DNA of 64,000 bases from Mobula hypostoma (GCF_963921235.1 NC_086097.1:218366001-218430000); one strand, 5' to 3'; shown: positions 52,878-64,000, counted from the first letter of the stretch. A program made the numbers and translations. The notes: a model not told the origin generated them from the sequence alone.

Positions 52878-53257
52878 AAAATCCAAGTAAATGACATCCA
52901 CTGATTCTCTGTCCATCCTGCTTGTAACTTGCTCAAAGAACTCTAATACACTTCCCTTTACAGAAACCATGCTGACTTTGACTTATTTCATCATTAGTCT
53001 CCAAGTACCCCAAAACCTCATCCTTAATAATAGATACTTTCCTAACCATTGAGGTTAGGCTAACTGGCCTATAATTTTCTTTCTTCTGGCTTCCTCCATT
53101 CTTAAAGAGTGGAGTTTTAACTTCCATGTGTTCGCATAGAATACTCTGGAAAAAGAAGCAAATGGCTTCTGTTTACTAACTTATAACCCATTGAAATTGC
53201 TAGAAGTAAACAGAGCCAAGACCCTTCAAAGGAAGGGGGAAGATGCCAGAATAAGGT

Positions 53258-53290
<33 letters not shown>
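53258..53290. repeat. (GT)n microsatellite
   Basis: Perfect GT dinucleotide run. Confidence 0.95.
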
Positions 53291-53297
<7 letters not shown>

Positions 53298-54049
53298 GGA
53301 TGGGTGAATGTAGGAGCTATGTATTCTGTGTTGCGCGATTATTACGCTTATTATGGTAACTAGTCACATGAGTGGGGACGTGGTAAAAGTGAAGGGAGTA
53401 AGTTACGTATTCATGCTTGTTTCACGGCAGTTTGTAGCTTGAGGTCGGCTGAGATTATATCTTTCTGACCGCTGAGATAACGCTCAATAACTCCTAATGG
53501 TATGTTTTGCTAATTGCTAATAAAGTATCAAAATAAGGAATTCAGCTCTTTGGAGCAATCACTGATGTGATTATGCAAGTATAACAACGCCATCTGGGGT
53601 TGCAGGCTGGTGGCAATTATTTTGTTTTGTTTTTGGATCAATTTTGCCGCTACACTTTGTCAGCAAGGATTTAGACAGTTATAACAAATGAACGTCAACA
53701 CTCAGATGTGACTGAGAAATTGGAAGTGCCAGCATGGAGCAGCTCGTGGCAAATAACAACCTTCCTTGTTGTTTAACGATGTGTGTTTAGATTTGAAATA
53801 CAGTTTTGAAGTAGTCAAACGTAGGTGTGTCCAAAGGGGCCGGACTGAAAAGCTGTGTAGTGGTGTTTGCCAGAAGTGTTCAAGCCTTGGTTCTGTTGAA
53901 AAGCTGAAGAATTGAAATAATTGAATTGCTTCTAGTATTGAAAAGCTGAATTGAAACTGCCATTATTTTGCCTGTTTTGCACATTTGGAAGGCAAAATAA
54001 TTTCAGCCTGAAGCAGAAAGCTTTAAAGCTGAGGGAGCGATTAAACAAA

Positions 54050-54365
54050 CATACCATGCTGAAGGTCAGTTTCCTGGGGGAAATGAAAATGTTTACAAAA
54101 CCAAAGAACAAGCTGTGACAACTGGTAAGTTTCAGGATGGCGTACGCACTGAAGGCAGTGTGTCTAACATGCATGGAGCACATTCTGGTGTTAGCAAGAC
54201 ATCTCTTGCGTCTAATATCACATTGTTGCACATTAAAATGGAGGCTAATTTAGCTGAGACAACAGATATCGAGGGATTTGTACACCCTGGAGGAAAAGGT
54301 GAAGCAGCTTCGAAGAAACCAAGAACAACAGGAGGGAAAACAAGAGAAAATCTACAGAAGCTGGA
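54050..54365 (+). mobile_element. Possible decayed hAT (SPIN/GTF2IRD2-like) transposase N-terminus
   Basis: Frameshifted KAVCLTCMEHILVL and EEKVKQLRRNQEQQ resemble the BED-finger region of this group. Confidence 0.35.
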
Positions 54366-54374
54366 AATCGAAAG

Positions 54375-55585
54375 AAAACACACAAAATGCTGAAGGAACT
54401 CAGCAGGCCAAGCAGCATCTATGGAAAAGAGTAGATAGTCAATGTTTTGGACTGAGACCCTTCTTCAGGACTGAAGGGAAAAGATGAGAAGTCAGACTAA
54501 GAAGGTGGGGGGAGGGGATGAAGAAATACAAGGTAGTAGGTGATAGGTGAAACCGGGAGAGGTGGGGGGGTGGGGGGAAGTAAAGGACTGGGAAGTTGAT
54601 GGTGAAAGAGATAAAGGACTGGGAGAAGGGGGAATCTTTTAGAAGAGGACAGAAGGCCATGGAAGTAAGGGAAGGGGGAGGAGCACCAGAGGGAGGTGTT
54701 GGGCAGGAAAGAAGATAAACTGAGAGAGGGAAATAGGAATGGGGAGTGGTGGGGGGTTCGTGAAATTGATGTTCATGCCATCAGGTTGGAGGCTACCCAG
54801 ACAGAATACAAGGTGTTGCCCCTGCAACCTGAGTGAGGCCTCATTGTGGCAGTAGAAGAGGTCATGGACTGACATGTTGGAATGGGAAGTATAGTTTAAA
54901 TGGGTGGCCACCAGGAGATCCCACTTTTTCTGGTGGATGGAGCATAGGTGCTCGTTGAAGTGGTCTCCCAATCTACGTTGCATCTCACCAATATACAGGA
55001 GGCCAAACCGGGAGTACCGGAATCAGTAGGTGACCCCAACAGACTCACAGGTGAAGTGTCGCCTCACCTGGAAGGACTGTTTGGAGCACTGAGTGTTTGT
55101 GAGGAAGGAGGTGTAGGGACAAGTGTGGCAGTTGTTCTGCTTTCGAGGATAAGTGCCAGGACGGAGATCAGTAAGGAGGGATAAATGGACAAAGGAGTCG
55201 CGTAGGGAGTGACCCCTGTGGAAAGCAGAAAGTGGGGGCAGGGAAAGATGTGCTTGGTGGTGGGATCCTGTTGGAGATGGTAGTAGTTATGTGCTGGATA
55301 TGGAGGCTGGTGGGGTGGTAGGTGAGGACAAGAGGAACCCTAACCCTAGTGGGGTGGTGGGTGGATGGAGTGAGGGCAGGCGTGCATGAAATGGAAGAGA
55401 TGCGGTCGAGGGCAGCATTGATGGTGGGGAAAGAAAAGACCCTTTCTTTGAAGGAGGATGACATTGCCTTCGTTCTGGAATGAAAAGCTTCATCCTGAGA
55501 GCAGGTGTGGAGGAGATGGAGGAAATGCAAGTCGGGGATGGCATTTTTACAAGTAACAGGGTGGGAAGAGGTATAGTCCAGGTAT
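54375..55585 (-). mobile_element. Penelope-like element 3' portion (RT thumb, GIY-YIG region, pLTR)
   Basis: YLDYTSSHPVTCKNAIP, RVPLVLTYHP and RRLGDHFNEHL...VATHLN. Confidence 0.9.
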
Positions 55586-56019
55586 TCAAGCAACAAGGTG
55601 GGACAACAGGAGAAATCAGGAAGAATAGTTAGAGCAACTTTGAAAACAGATGGAGCAGTTTACGTTGCAGGAAGAAATTACAGCCAAGATGGCCAGAGTT
55701 AAAGTGCTAAGGCCTTCAAGTGCCGTGGGTGGTAAATGTACAACAGCACAGCTCTTTGGTGGGAGTTCCTATGCTGTATGGGACAGAGAAACTCCAGCAT
55801 ACTCAATGTCAAGGTGGATTCATTTGAGAATCAAAAGTCTATGAGTCATGAGTTTGAACCCCAGGGAGTAAGCTGCATTAAGGAGATTCTCTGAACCCAT
55901 GTCATATCTAATGGCCCAGGGTGATCTGTTTCATCAGCAATCTCTCAATACACTTCATCGCTTTGGATGCAAGTACTACTGGACAATAGTCATTGAGTCT
56001 GGTTACCAAATTTTTCTTT

Positions 56020-56560
56020 GACACAATTCTGGTCGCCTCACTACAGGAAGGACATGGAAACCATAGAAAGGGTGCAGATGAGATTTACAAGGATGTTGCC
56101 TGGATTGGGGAGCATGTCTTATGAGAATAGGTTGAGTAAACTCGGCCTTTTCTCCTTGGAGCAACCTCCATCTCCTTGGATGAGAGGTGATCTGATAGAG
56201 GTGTACAAGATAATGAGAGGCATTGATCGTGTGGATAGTCAGAGCCTTTTCCCCAGGGCTGAAATGGCTAACATGAGAGGGCACAGTTTTAAGGTGCTTG
56301 GAAGTAAGTACAAAGGAGATGTCAGGGGTAAGTTTTTTTTATGCAGAGAGTGCTGAGTGCCTGGAATGGGTTGCCGGCGGCAGTGGTGGAGGCGGAAAGG
56401 ATAGGGTGTTTTAAGAGACTCCCGGATGGCTACATGGAGCTTAGAAAAATAGAGAGTTATGGGTAAAGCCTAGGTAGTTCTAAGGTAGGAACATGTTCAG
56501 CACAGCTTTGTGGGCTGAAGGCCCTGTATTGTGTTGTATGTTTTCTATGTTTCTATGTTT
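56020..56560 (+). mobile_element. CR1 3' fragment
   Basis: QFWSPHYRKD...RGDLIEVYKIMRGID followed by a (ttctatgt)n tail. Confidence 0.9.
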
Positions 56561-56592
56561 AATAATTGAAGCTTGCTTGAAGCAGGCAGGTA

Positions 56593-58199
56593 CAGGTTTC
56601 CCCCGCCATCCGAAGGTAGAGCGTTCCTATGAAACGGTTCATAAGCCGAAATGTCGTAAAGCAAAGAAGCAATTACCATTTATTTATATGGGAAAATTTT
56701 GCGAGCGTTCGCAGACCCAGAAATGACCTACCAAATCATGCCAAATAACACATAAAACCTAAAATAACAGTAACATATAGTAAAAGCAGGAATGATATGA
56801 TAAATACACAGCCTATATAAAGTAGAAATACTTCTCTATAACGATTGCCTGCACAGATCTCCGTAGCGAAAATCTCACGCAAGCGCTCTCGGCAGAAAAT
56901 CTCACGCAAGCGCTGTTGGCATAAACGCGCTATCCAGTAACCTTTAAACTATGAAGCTGCCAAATCTACCAAATAACACGTAAAAATACACAGCCTATAT
57001 AAAGTAGAAATAATGTATGTACAGTGTAGCATCACTTACCGGAATTGGGAAAACAGCGCCGAGCACACTGATGATGGTGTGTTAGACTGAGTCGTCGCAG
57101 GCTGGGTGGTGCAGTGGCCCCCCACCTTCCGGGCCACTGACCCGATACATTGCCACGAAGAATGCAGCAGTAGCCGTGTGGCACCCAGCACATCTTTAAG
57201 AAAAAAGCTGAAATAAACATGCTAATTAATTAAGTGCTGCCCGGCATGTAAATGTCGGCGCAGATCAGAGGCCATTGCCGATTGCATCGCCTCTGATCTG
57301 AGCCGACAATTACGTGCTAGGCGGCACCTAATTAATTAGCATGTTTATTTCAGCTTTTTTCTTAAAAGATGTGCTGTGTGCCTCTCGGCTACCGCTGCGT
57401 TCTTCGCGAATCGGTACTGTATCTGTCCGGGGCCTGGGTGTTGGGGTGGTGGGACACGGGGGTGTCATCTCATCGTCGATCGGGGCAGGCAGCTCATCTT
57501 TTCCTATGACTGCCCGCCTCGATGTCGAAGGTTGAGGTTCGTCATCGCTGTGGCTGATGTGGAAGGCTTGCTTGACTGCTGAGCCTCGCGCATTTTTCTA
57601 TCATACAGTTGTTTGTAAGCACTCAAACCATCCTGCAAATATCCCCTAAACCTACGTACCCTTTCAAAATTAAAGTCGTACTTTATCATTGCAGCAAAAA
57701 TCTCACACAGTTGCTTCACTTTCTGTGTTCGGTTGCATTCGGTTTCAATTGTTATCCTTTCCTCTTCCAATTGCATCAGCTCTTCATCTATCAGTTCTTG
57801 GTCATGGGATGCCAAAACCTCTTCAACATCATCTTCGTCAACTTGCACAAGCCAAACTCACTTTGTCCTTGCTTCGTTCACCACGATCGAAACGCTTAAT
57901 TATGTCTATTTTTACGCTAAGTGTAACACCCTTACTCTTTCAGGCTTTTCCGACACCTTAGAACTCATCTTGCTAACGGCTGCTCAATGCAACGTATTTA
58001 AGCAATGCCGTTCCAAATCTGGGGCAGAGCGGCTGCTCGGGCCGCGCGCTGCCTTTTATCGCGCGCTGATTTTTTATCGCGCACTGCCTTTCTTTGTAAC
58101 AGTGAAAACACCTTCTGAAACGAAAACAGGGTACTAATGTAGGTCTTTCGTAACAGTGAGGTTTCGTAAAGCGAACGTTCGAAAAGTGGGGGACACCTG
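56593..58199 (-). mobile_element. Tigger (pogo-family) non-autonomous DNA transposon with TA target duplication
   Basis: TA|CAGGTTTCCCCCGC at left and gtgggggacacctg|TA at right; ORF 57504-57848 VDEDDVEEVLASHDQELIDEELMQLEEE matches the Tigger transposase acidic tail; inserted in a Rex1-type fragment. Confidence 0.9.
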
Positions 58200-58201
58200 T
58201 A

Positions 58202-58500
58202 CCTCAGACTGGCAGTGAGAGATTAAAGATCTCAGTGAACACTCCAGTCAGCTGATCAATCAGGTAGCCCATTTGGGATGGATGCTTTCTGTGGGTTCAC
58301 CCTCTTGAAGGCTGTTTGCATGTCGGCCTCTGAGGCTGAAATTACAGGATCATAAGGGGCTGTGGAAGTTTGTGATGGTTCCTCCATGTTTTGACAGTCA
58401 AAGCATGCATAATAGGCATTAAGCTCATCTGGAAACGAAGACTTATTGGTGCTTATATTACTTGATTTAACTTTGTAAGAGGTATTCAAACCCTGTCATA
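58202..58500 (-). mobile_element. Rex1-type fragment hosting the Tigger insertion
   Basis: FPDELNAYYACFD...AFKRVNPQKASIPNGLP; appears to continue at 56570-56590 across the Tigger. Confidence 0.75.
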
Positions 58501-58559
58501 ACTGATCCTCATCGATTCAATATTGTATTTGCCACTTTAGTCACATCTGATCACAAGTG

Positions 58560-59929
58560 TAACGATTTTCAAAGTCTTTACTGGCAAGGGTATGCGTTTT
58601 TCTAGCCAGGGCTTCAGCCTTGCTACTTTTCCATGAATACTCGTTTTGTGCGAGACCTTAGAGATTGCAGAGCCCTGAACTTTATCTCCAATTGTAGACA
58701 CTGACTTCTGCAGCTCACTCAGAGTGACCGTTGCTGTTGTAGTAGCCTCTCATACAAGCTCCATTCTTCTCTGGCAACAAAATTTAGAGGGACTGCTTAA
58801 CCTAAGTGTTGTAGTGATTTTATATTTTTCCCCACTTTTTCATGATGGACTGCACTGAGCTCCGAAGTATGTTCAGTGCCTTTGGGATGGTCTTGTACTC
58901 TTCCCCAGATTTCTGCTTCTCTATTATTATTTCCCTGACTTGCCTTGAATGCTCTTATATCTCCATTTTGGTTTGGTTTGTTCAACCTTTTTGGCATGTC
59001 AACAAATACACTCAAAAACTTCTATAGATGTACCATGGAGAGCATTCTGACAGGCTGCATCACTGTCTGGTATGGAGGAGCTACTGCACAGGACAGAAAG
59101 AAACTGCAAAAGGTTAGAAATCTAGTCAGCTCCATCTTGAGCACTAGCCAACAAAGTACCCAGGACATCTTTAGGGAGCGGTGTCTCAGAAAGGCAGCGT
59201 CCATTATTAAGGACCTCCAGCACCCAGGGCTTGTTCTTTTCTCACTGTTACCATCAGGTAGGAGATACAGAAGCCTGAAGGCACACACTCAGTGATTCAG
59301 GAACAGCTTCTTCCCGTCTGTCATCCGATTCCTAAATGGACATTGAAACTTTGGATACTACCTCACTTCTTTTAATATACAGTATTTCTGTTTTTGCACA
59401 TTTTAAAAATCTATTCAATACAGGTAAATGATTACTTGTTTATTTATTATGTTTTATTTTATTTATTATTTCTTTCTCTTTCTCTCTCTGCTAGATTATG
59501 TATCGCATTGAACTTCTGCTGCTAAGTTAACAAATTTCACGTCACACACCAGTGATAATAAACCTGATTCTGTTTCTGACCTTAGAGAGAAAGGGAGTGT
59601 TTGTTCATTGAAAACAGGTGATCCTCCAACTTTCTACGTCAAAAAATTGGGTGAGTTGGTAATACGTAAATTGCAGCTGAGGAAAATTGGCATTGTAATT
59701 ACAAAGGGGATGAATACTTTTTCAGCTTCACAATTCTGGTTTTTAAGTTTTAGTAAATTGGTGACAGGTTTTGAAATTTTCTTTTGATTTGACATGATGC
59801 ACAATGTTTTGCAGATTAGCTAAAATCCTACTTCAATACATCTTAAATTTAGAAAATGAGACAGCAAATAGTGAAAATAGTTGTGTGTGGGGGGGGGGGG
59901 ATGGTGCTGAATACTTTTTCAAAGCAATG
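58560..59929 (-). mobile_element. Tc1-like (IR/DR type) DNA transposon, left end and decayed transposase N-terminus, interrupted by a Rex1 tail
   Basis: From ATG 58966: EHSRQVREIIIEKQKSGEEYKTIPKALNILRSSVQSIMKKWEKY...VTLSELQKS (paired/HTH region). Terminus tgaatactttttcaaagcaatg|TA, with inner direct repeat tgaatactttttca at about 59711. Confidence 0.8.
58990..59578 (+). mobile_element. Rex1/Babar-type LINE 3' fragment
   Basis: NFYRCTMESILTGCITVWYG...LFSLLPSGRRYRS; tail aataaacctgattctg. Confidence 0.88.
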
Positions 59930-59939
59930 TATTGTATCA

Positions 59940-61430
59940 GTCTCTACCACCAAACCTGGTCGTGTATTGCAGGCAACTACCACTCTCTGTGTAAAAATAA
60001 ACTACATCTGACATCCCTTCTAAAAATTCTTAGATTCACCTTAAAATAACGCCCTTTTGTATTAGCCATTGGAGCATGGGAAAAAGGTATTGCCTGTCCA
60101 CTCATTCTATGGCTCTTATCATCTTATACTGTACATTTTTATCAAGTTACCTCTCATCCTCCTTCACTCCAATTAGAAAAGTCCCAGATCACTCAATCTT
60201 TGCCCATAAAACATCTTCTCTTATCCAGGCAGCATCCTTTATATAAAGATGCAGCCATAACTGAACAGAGTGTCCCAACTGTGATCTAACCCGCATTTAA
60301 TAGAGCAGCAACAGTACCTCGTGACTCTCGAATGCCGTCCCTCGACTAATGAAGATGAACACACCATCAGCCTTCTTGACCACCCTTCCAACTTGCGCAG
60401 CAACACTTCGATCTACAGACTTGGAGTCCAAGGTCCCTCTGTTCCTCTGCACTGTTATGAATCCTGCCATTAATCTTGTACTCTGCCTTTGTGTTCATAT
60501 GTACTTCCAAAGTGTATCATAGAACATAGAAATCTACAGCACATTACAGGCCCTTCAGCCCACAATGTTGTGCCAACCACATACCCTACTCTAGAAACTG
60601 CCTACCGCATAGCCCTCTATTTCTCTAAGCTCCATGTACCTATTTAAGAGTCTCTTAAATGATCCTATTGTATCCACCTCTACCATCAACACTGACAGTG
60701 CATTCCCCACACCCACTACTCTCTATGTGAAAAACTTACCCTTGACATCTCCTCTATACCTGCTTCCAAGCACCTTAAAACTGTGCCCTCTCGTGTTAGC
60801 TATTTCAGCCCTGGGAAAAAAGCATCTGGCTATCCACACGATCAATGCCTCTCATTATCTTGTACACCTCTATCAGTTCACCTCTCATCCTCTGTCATTC
60901 CAAGGAGAAAAGGCCAAGTTCACTCAACCTATTCTCGTAAGACACACTCTCAAATCCAGGCAACATCCTTGTAAATCTCCCCTGCAATTTCTCTATAGTA
61001 TCCACATCCTTCCTGTAGTGAGGTGACCAGAACTGAACAAGTCCTTCAAATGGGGTCTGACCAAAGTCTTATATAGCCGTAACATTACCTCACGGCTCTT
61101 GACCTTAAAGAGTATCATTTCACAGGTTTCTGAAATAACTCTAGCAGTTTTCAGTCCAGCTCTGCGTCCTATATTAACTTTCTACATTGCCAGCCTCCGT
61201 ATTATCTTCAAACTTACTCATCCACTCTTCAACTTCCCCATCCAAGTCAGTTATAAAAATCGGAATGAGCAGGAGTCCCAGAACAGATCCCTGTGGAACA
61301 CCACCAGTCATCAATCTCCAGGCAGAATCGTCACCATCTACAACTACTGTCTGCCTTCTGTGAGCTAACCAGTTGTGAAACCATGCTGCCAGGCTTTCAT
61401 GGATGCCATGCCTCAGGACTTTCTGGGTGA
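59940..61430 (-). mobile_element. Nested or adjacent CR1 3' fragments
   Basis: CR1 antisense text with a (catagaa)n tail at about 60520 inside an older CR1 copy. Confidence 0.8.
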
Positions 61431-62280
61431 GTCATGCAATTGTTTTTTCACTGGATTTCAATGGAGCTTTAAAAAAAGGGTGAATGAAGACCTTTGAATA
61501 AACAACTCATAATTTGGGCTTTGTGAATGCTGTGTTATATGTCTATAATAGACTTTGTTGAAGGTTAACTATTCACTGAGCTTAATTTGTATTTGGTCAT
61601 TACTGCTTACTTATTCTGATCTCAGTCAATACTTTACAGTGGCTTGTATATGGCATGTAATTCTTATGTCCAAGCCATTTTTATATCACATTTCCATTTT
61701 AAAAAAATAAAGTTAACATTTTCTTGTATTATTGCATTCTCGTTGCTGCTCCACATCATTGTGTGACCTGTAAAACATCTTCCAGTTTAAAGGTTTGGCC
61801 ATATAATTCCACTTTCATTTTGTGACAGTGTAAAGGATACACTGATGTGTCCTCTCTCCATTAATCACGGTAAACATTCCACAAATGTGCTGTGCGATAA
61901 AAATCCTAGTTTTCCTAGAAGTACCGCCGGTGCAGAATTTTGGCGTATGACGTATTTATTGCTAACAGGAAAAAAACCCCAAAACCAGTAACCACTCTAT
62001 AAAACAACATGACTTTGAGCCAGTAAAACAAAAATCCCGAAGAAGGTATAAAAAACGTCTACGACGTCTTTCTACTAACTTAAGACAGTATCAAAATACT
62101 GAATCATATTGCCGCAACAATAACTTCATAATGTTTAAATTACAAAAACCATTTTTTATTTCCATCTACCTGACACATATACTTTCATAATGCACATCAG
62201 AAAATTTCTACCAATGGATAATTCAATAAAATGAAGACAGCTGAACAATTTTAGCTGCATAATTGGACAGTAACACTTAC

Positions 62281-62390
62281 CCTTCGTACTGATTATTATA
62301 AAGAAAGGCTTGTACGACGCCTCGACAATTCAGGAAATTCACAGCAGCGAATATTAAAGCAGCTGCAATAATGCGTACACTCCCCTCCAT
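62281..62390 (-). CDS. CPA6: CPA6 coding exon 1 (signal peptide and start of prodomain)
   Basis: ATG at 62390 gives MEGSVRIIAAALIFAAVNFLNCRGVVQAFLYNNQYE+GG: a hydrophobic signal-like core, then LYNN as in vertebrate CPA6 (HLYNNRYAG). Donor GG|GTAAGT, phase 2, 110 nt. Confidence 0.9.
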
Positions 62391-62852
62391 GTAGATGGTA
62401 AAAAGTATTTTAAAAATAAGTATCTAATATTTAATTTGCACCAGAAATCTCTCCCCCTTGAATGCTTAATATTTGGCAATAAAACAAATCTGCATTGGCA
62501 AAAAGCAAAGCGTCAGAAAAACTTCCTCGGCAAAGCAAGTGTATTCAATCTGGCAGGGGAGTGTGGAGGTCCGGGTGTATTCGCAATCCGGTAGCTCCCG
62601 CTCGCCGGCAAGGCCGGGCACGTGACCCCGGGATGTCGCTGTTCGCAACCAGGACCCCAGCACGGAGACCGTAAGTTGAGGGTTACAGAAGTATACCACT
62701 TTGGATACCATTGGGGGAATGACCTTTTGGGGGAGTCGCAGTGACCGGGTCTCTGGCACTAAAAAAGAAGTGAAGAGACCCTAGGCTAGATGGTGCGGAC
62801 CCGCCCACTTCGTGGCTTCATCGTTTGTAAAAGGAGACAATGACTTAGTTAC

Positions 62853-62974
62853 CTTTTTTCGAATGACAATCATTCACCTGAAAGGATTTTGAGCAACTTT
62901 TTTTCTGTTTTTGAATAACTGTAAATAGAGTTGTATTTCTGGTTCGCCAGTTGCTCAGGGCGCCTGCTATATAA
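62853..62974 (-). promoter_or_regulatory. Putative CPA6 core promoter (TATA at 62968-62974) and short non-coding first exon (about 62940 to 62853)
   Basis: Minus strand reads cgccTTATATAGcaggcgcc, with a pyrimidine/A start-like site about 30 nt downstream. Donor AAG|GTAACT at 62852. Matching acceptor CTGAC...tttgctttttgccaatgcAG at 62490-62516, upstream of the ATG. Confidence 0.45.
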
Positions 62975-63099
62975 GGCGAGTTCCGGTAGTTCTGCCTCAG
63001 TATTTGCAAAGGCAATAAAGATGATGTTGCTAATCATGTAATGTGTGATCTGTATATCATTGACTTCTACGAATACATGTCATTATTTTTGTTGAAAAC

Positions 63100-64000
63100 T
63101 ATATGGCTTCTACGGGAGAGTGGCACTGAGCATGGGTCTGTGGAGCAGAAGGAGAGGGGGAGAAGAGGGGAGCGGTAGTGATAGGGGACTCAATAGTCTG
63201 AGGAACAGACAGGAGATTCTGTGCCCATTCTCCTAATCTGTCTAAGTCCTTCTCTAGCCTCTTTATTTCCTCAAAACTACCTGCCCCTCCACCTATCTTC
63301 CTATCGTCTGCAAACTTTGCAACAAAGCCATCAATTCCATCATCCAAATCATTGACATATAGTGTAAAAAGAATTGGTTCCAATCCCTGTGAAACACCAC
63401 TAGTCACTGGCAGCCAGCCACAAAAGGCTCCCTTTCTTCCCAATTTTTGCCTTCTGGCAATCAGCCACTGCTCTATCCATGCTGGAATCTTTCCTGTAAT
63501 ACCATGGGCTTGTAGCTTGAAAAGCAGCCTCATAGGTGGCACCTTGTCGAAGGCTTTCTGAACACAACATCAACCGATTCTCCTTTGTCTATCTTGCTTG
63601 TTATTTCTTCAAAGACTTCCAACAGATTTGTTGGGCAATATTTTCCCTTGAAGAAACCATGCTGACCACGGCCTATTGTATCGTGTGCTTCCAAGTACCC
63701 TGTGACTTAATAATCAACTCCCAACATCTTCCCAACCACCCAGGTCAGACTAACTGGCCTACAGTTTCCTTCCTTCTGTCTCTCTCCGTTCTTGAAGAGT
63801 AGAGTGACATTTGCAATTTTCCAGTGTCTTCCAGAACTATTCCAGAATCTAGGCATCCTTGAAAGATTATTACTAATGCCTCCATAATCTCTTCAGCCAT
63901 TTCTTTCAGAACTCTGGAGTGTGTGCCGTTTGGTTCAGGTGATTTATCTACCTTCAGACCTTTTAGTTTCCCACGACCCTTCTCTGTAGTAATGGCATCT
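63100..64000. mobile_element. CR1 ORF1 fragment (plus, about 63110-63222) joined to a CR1 RT fragment (minus, 63223-64000)
   Basis: AVVIGDSIV esterase motif on plus; KFADDRKIGG on minus. Confidence 0.85.

Larger units (their letters stand above)
48995..53120 (-). mobile_element. CR1 LINE broken into three pieces by nested insertions
   Basis: Collinear CR1 ORF2 pieces at about 48995-49887, 51615-51868 and 52878-53120. Confidence 0.85.

Noticed and set aside
57504..57848. TIGD-like host gene
   Set aside because: Only the acidic tail is present, with no DDE or CENP-B domain, inside a TA-flanked element with TIRs.

Overview
This is eukaryotic DNA, not prokaryotic: no operons, CRISPR arrays or rRNA were seen. 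It is vertebrate and most likely from a cartilaginous fish such as a ray or skate, inferred only from the repeat mix (CR1, Penelope, Rex1, Tigger and hAT). The one host gene is carboxypeptidase A6 (CPA6, M14A metallocarboxypeptidase) on the minus strand. I reconstructed coding exons 1-8 by hand (62390 down to 4557; 832 nt = 277 codons + 1 nt). All introns are GT-AG and phase-consistent. The protein has a signal peptide, a prodomain ending in the furin site RYRR, and the HARE zinc motif plus RKTR and NRNW. The remaining exons lie left of the window. The introns are packed with mostly decayed transposable elements: many CR1 LINEs, Rex1-type, L2, RTE and a HERO-like non-LTR element, several Penelope-like elements, a Gypsy 3' end with its LTR, Tigger, Tc1 and hAT DNA transposons, and SINE-like retroposons. 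Nearly all ORFs in the six-frame track are TE fragments or noise. The most interesting signals are RNA-level: a set of minimal hammerhead-ribozyme motifs in Penelope repeats (one a stand-alone 143-bp insertion with a 14-bp duplication, in the sense of the CPA6 pre-mRNA), a candidate HDV-like ribozyme fold, long inverted repeats, a Gypsy remnant next to the exon 4 acceptor, and a predicted non-coding first exon with a TATA box. I found no convincing novel protein-coding system. TE boundaries are approximate unless termini or TSDs are quoted, and family names come from motif recognition, not database searches.
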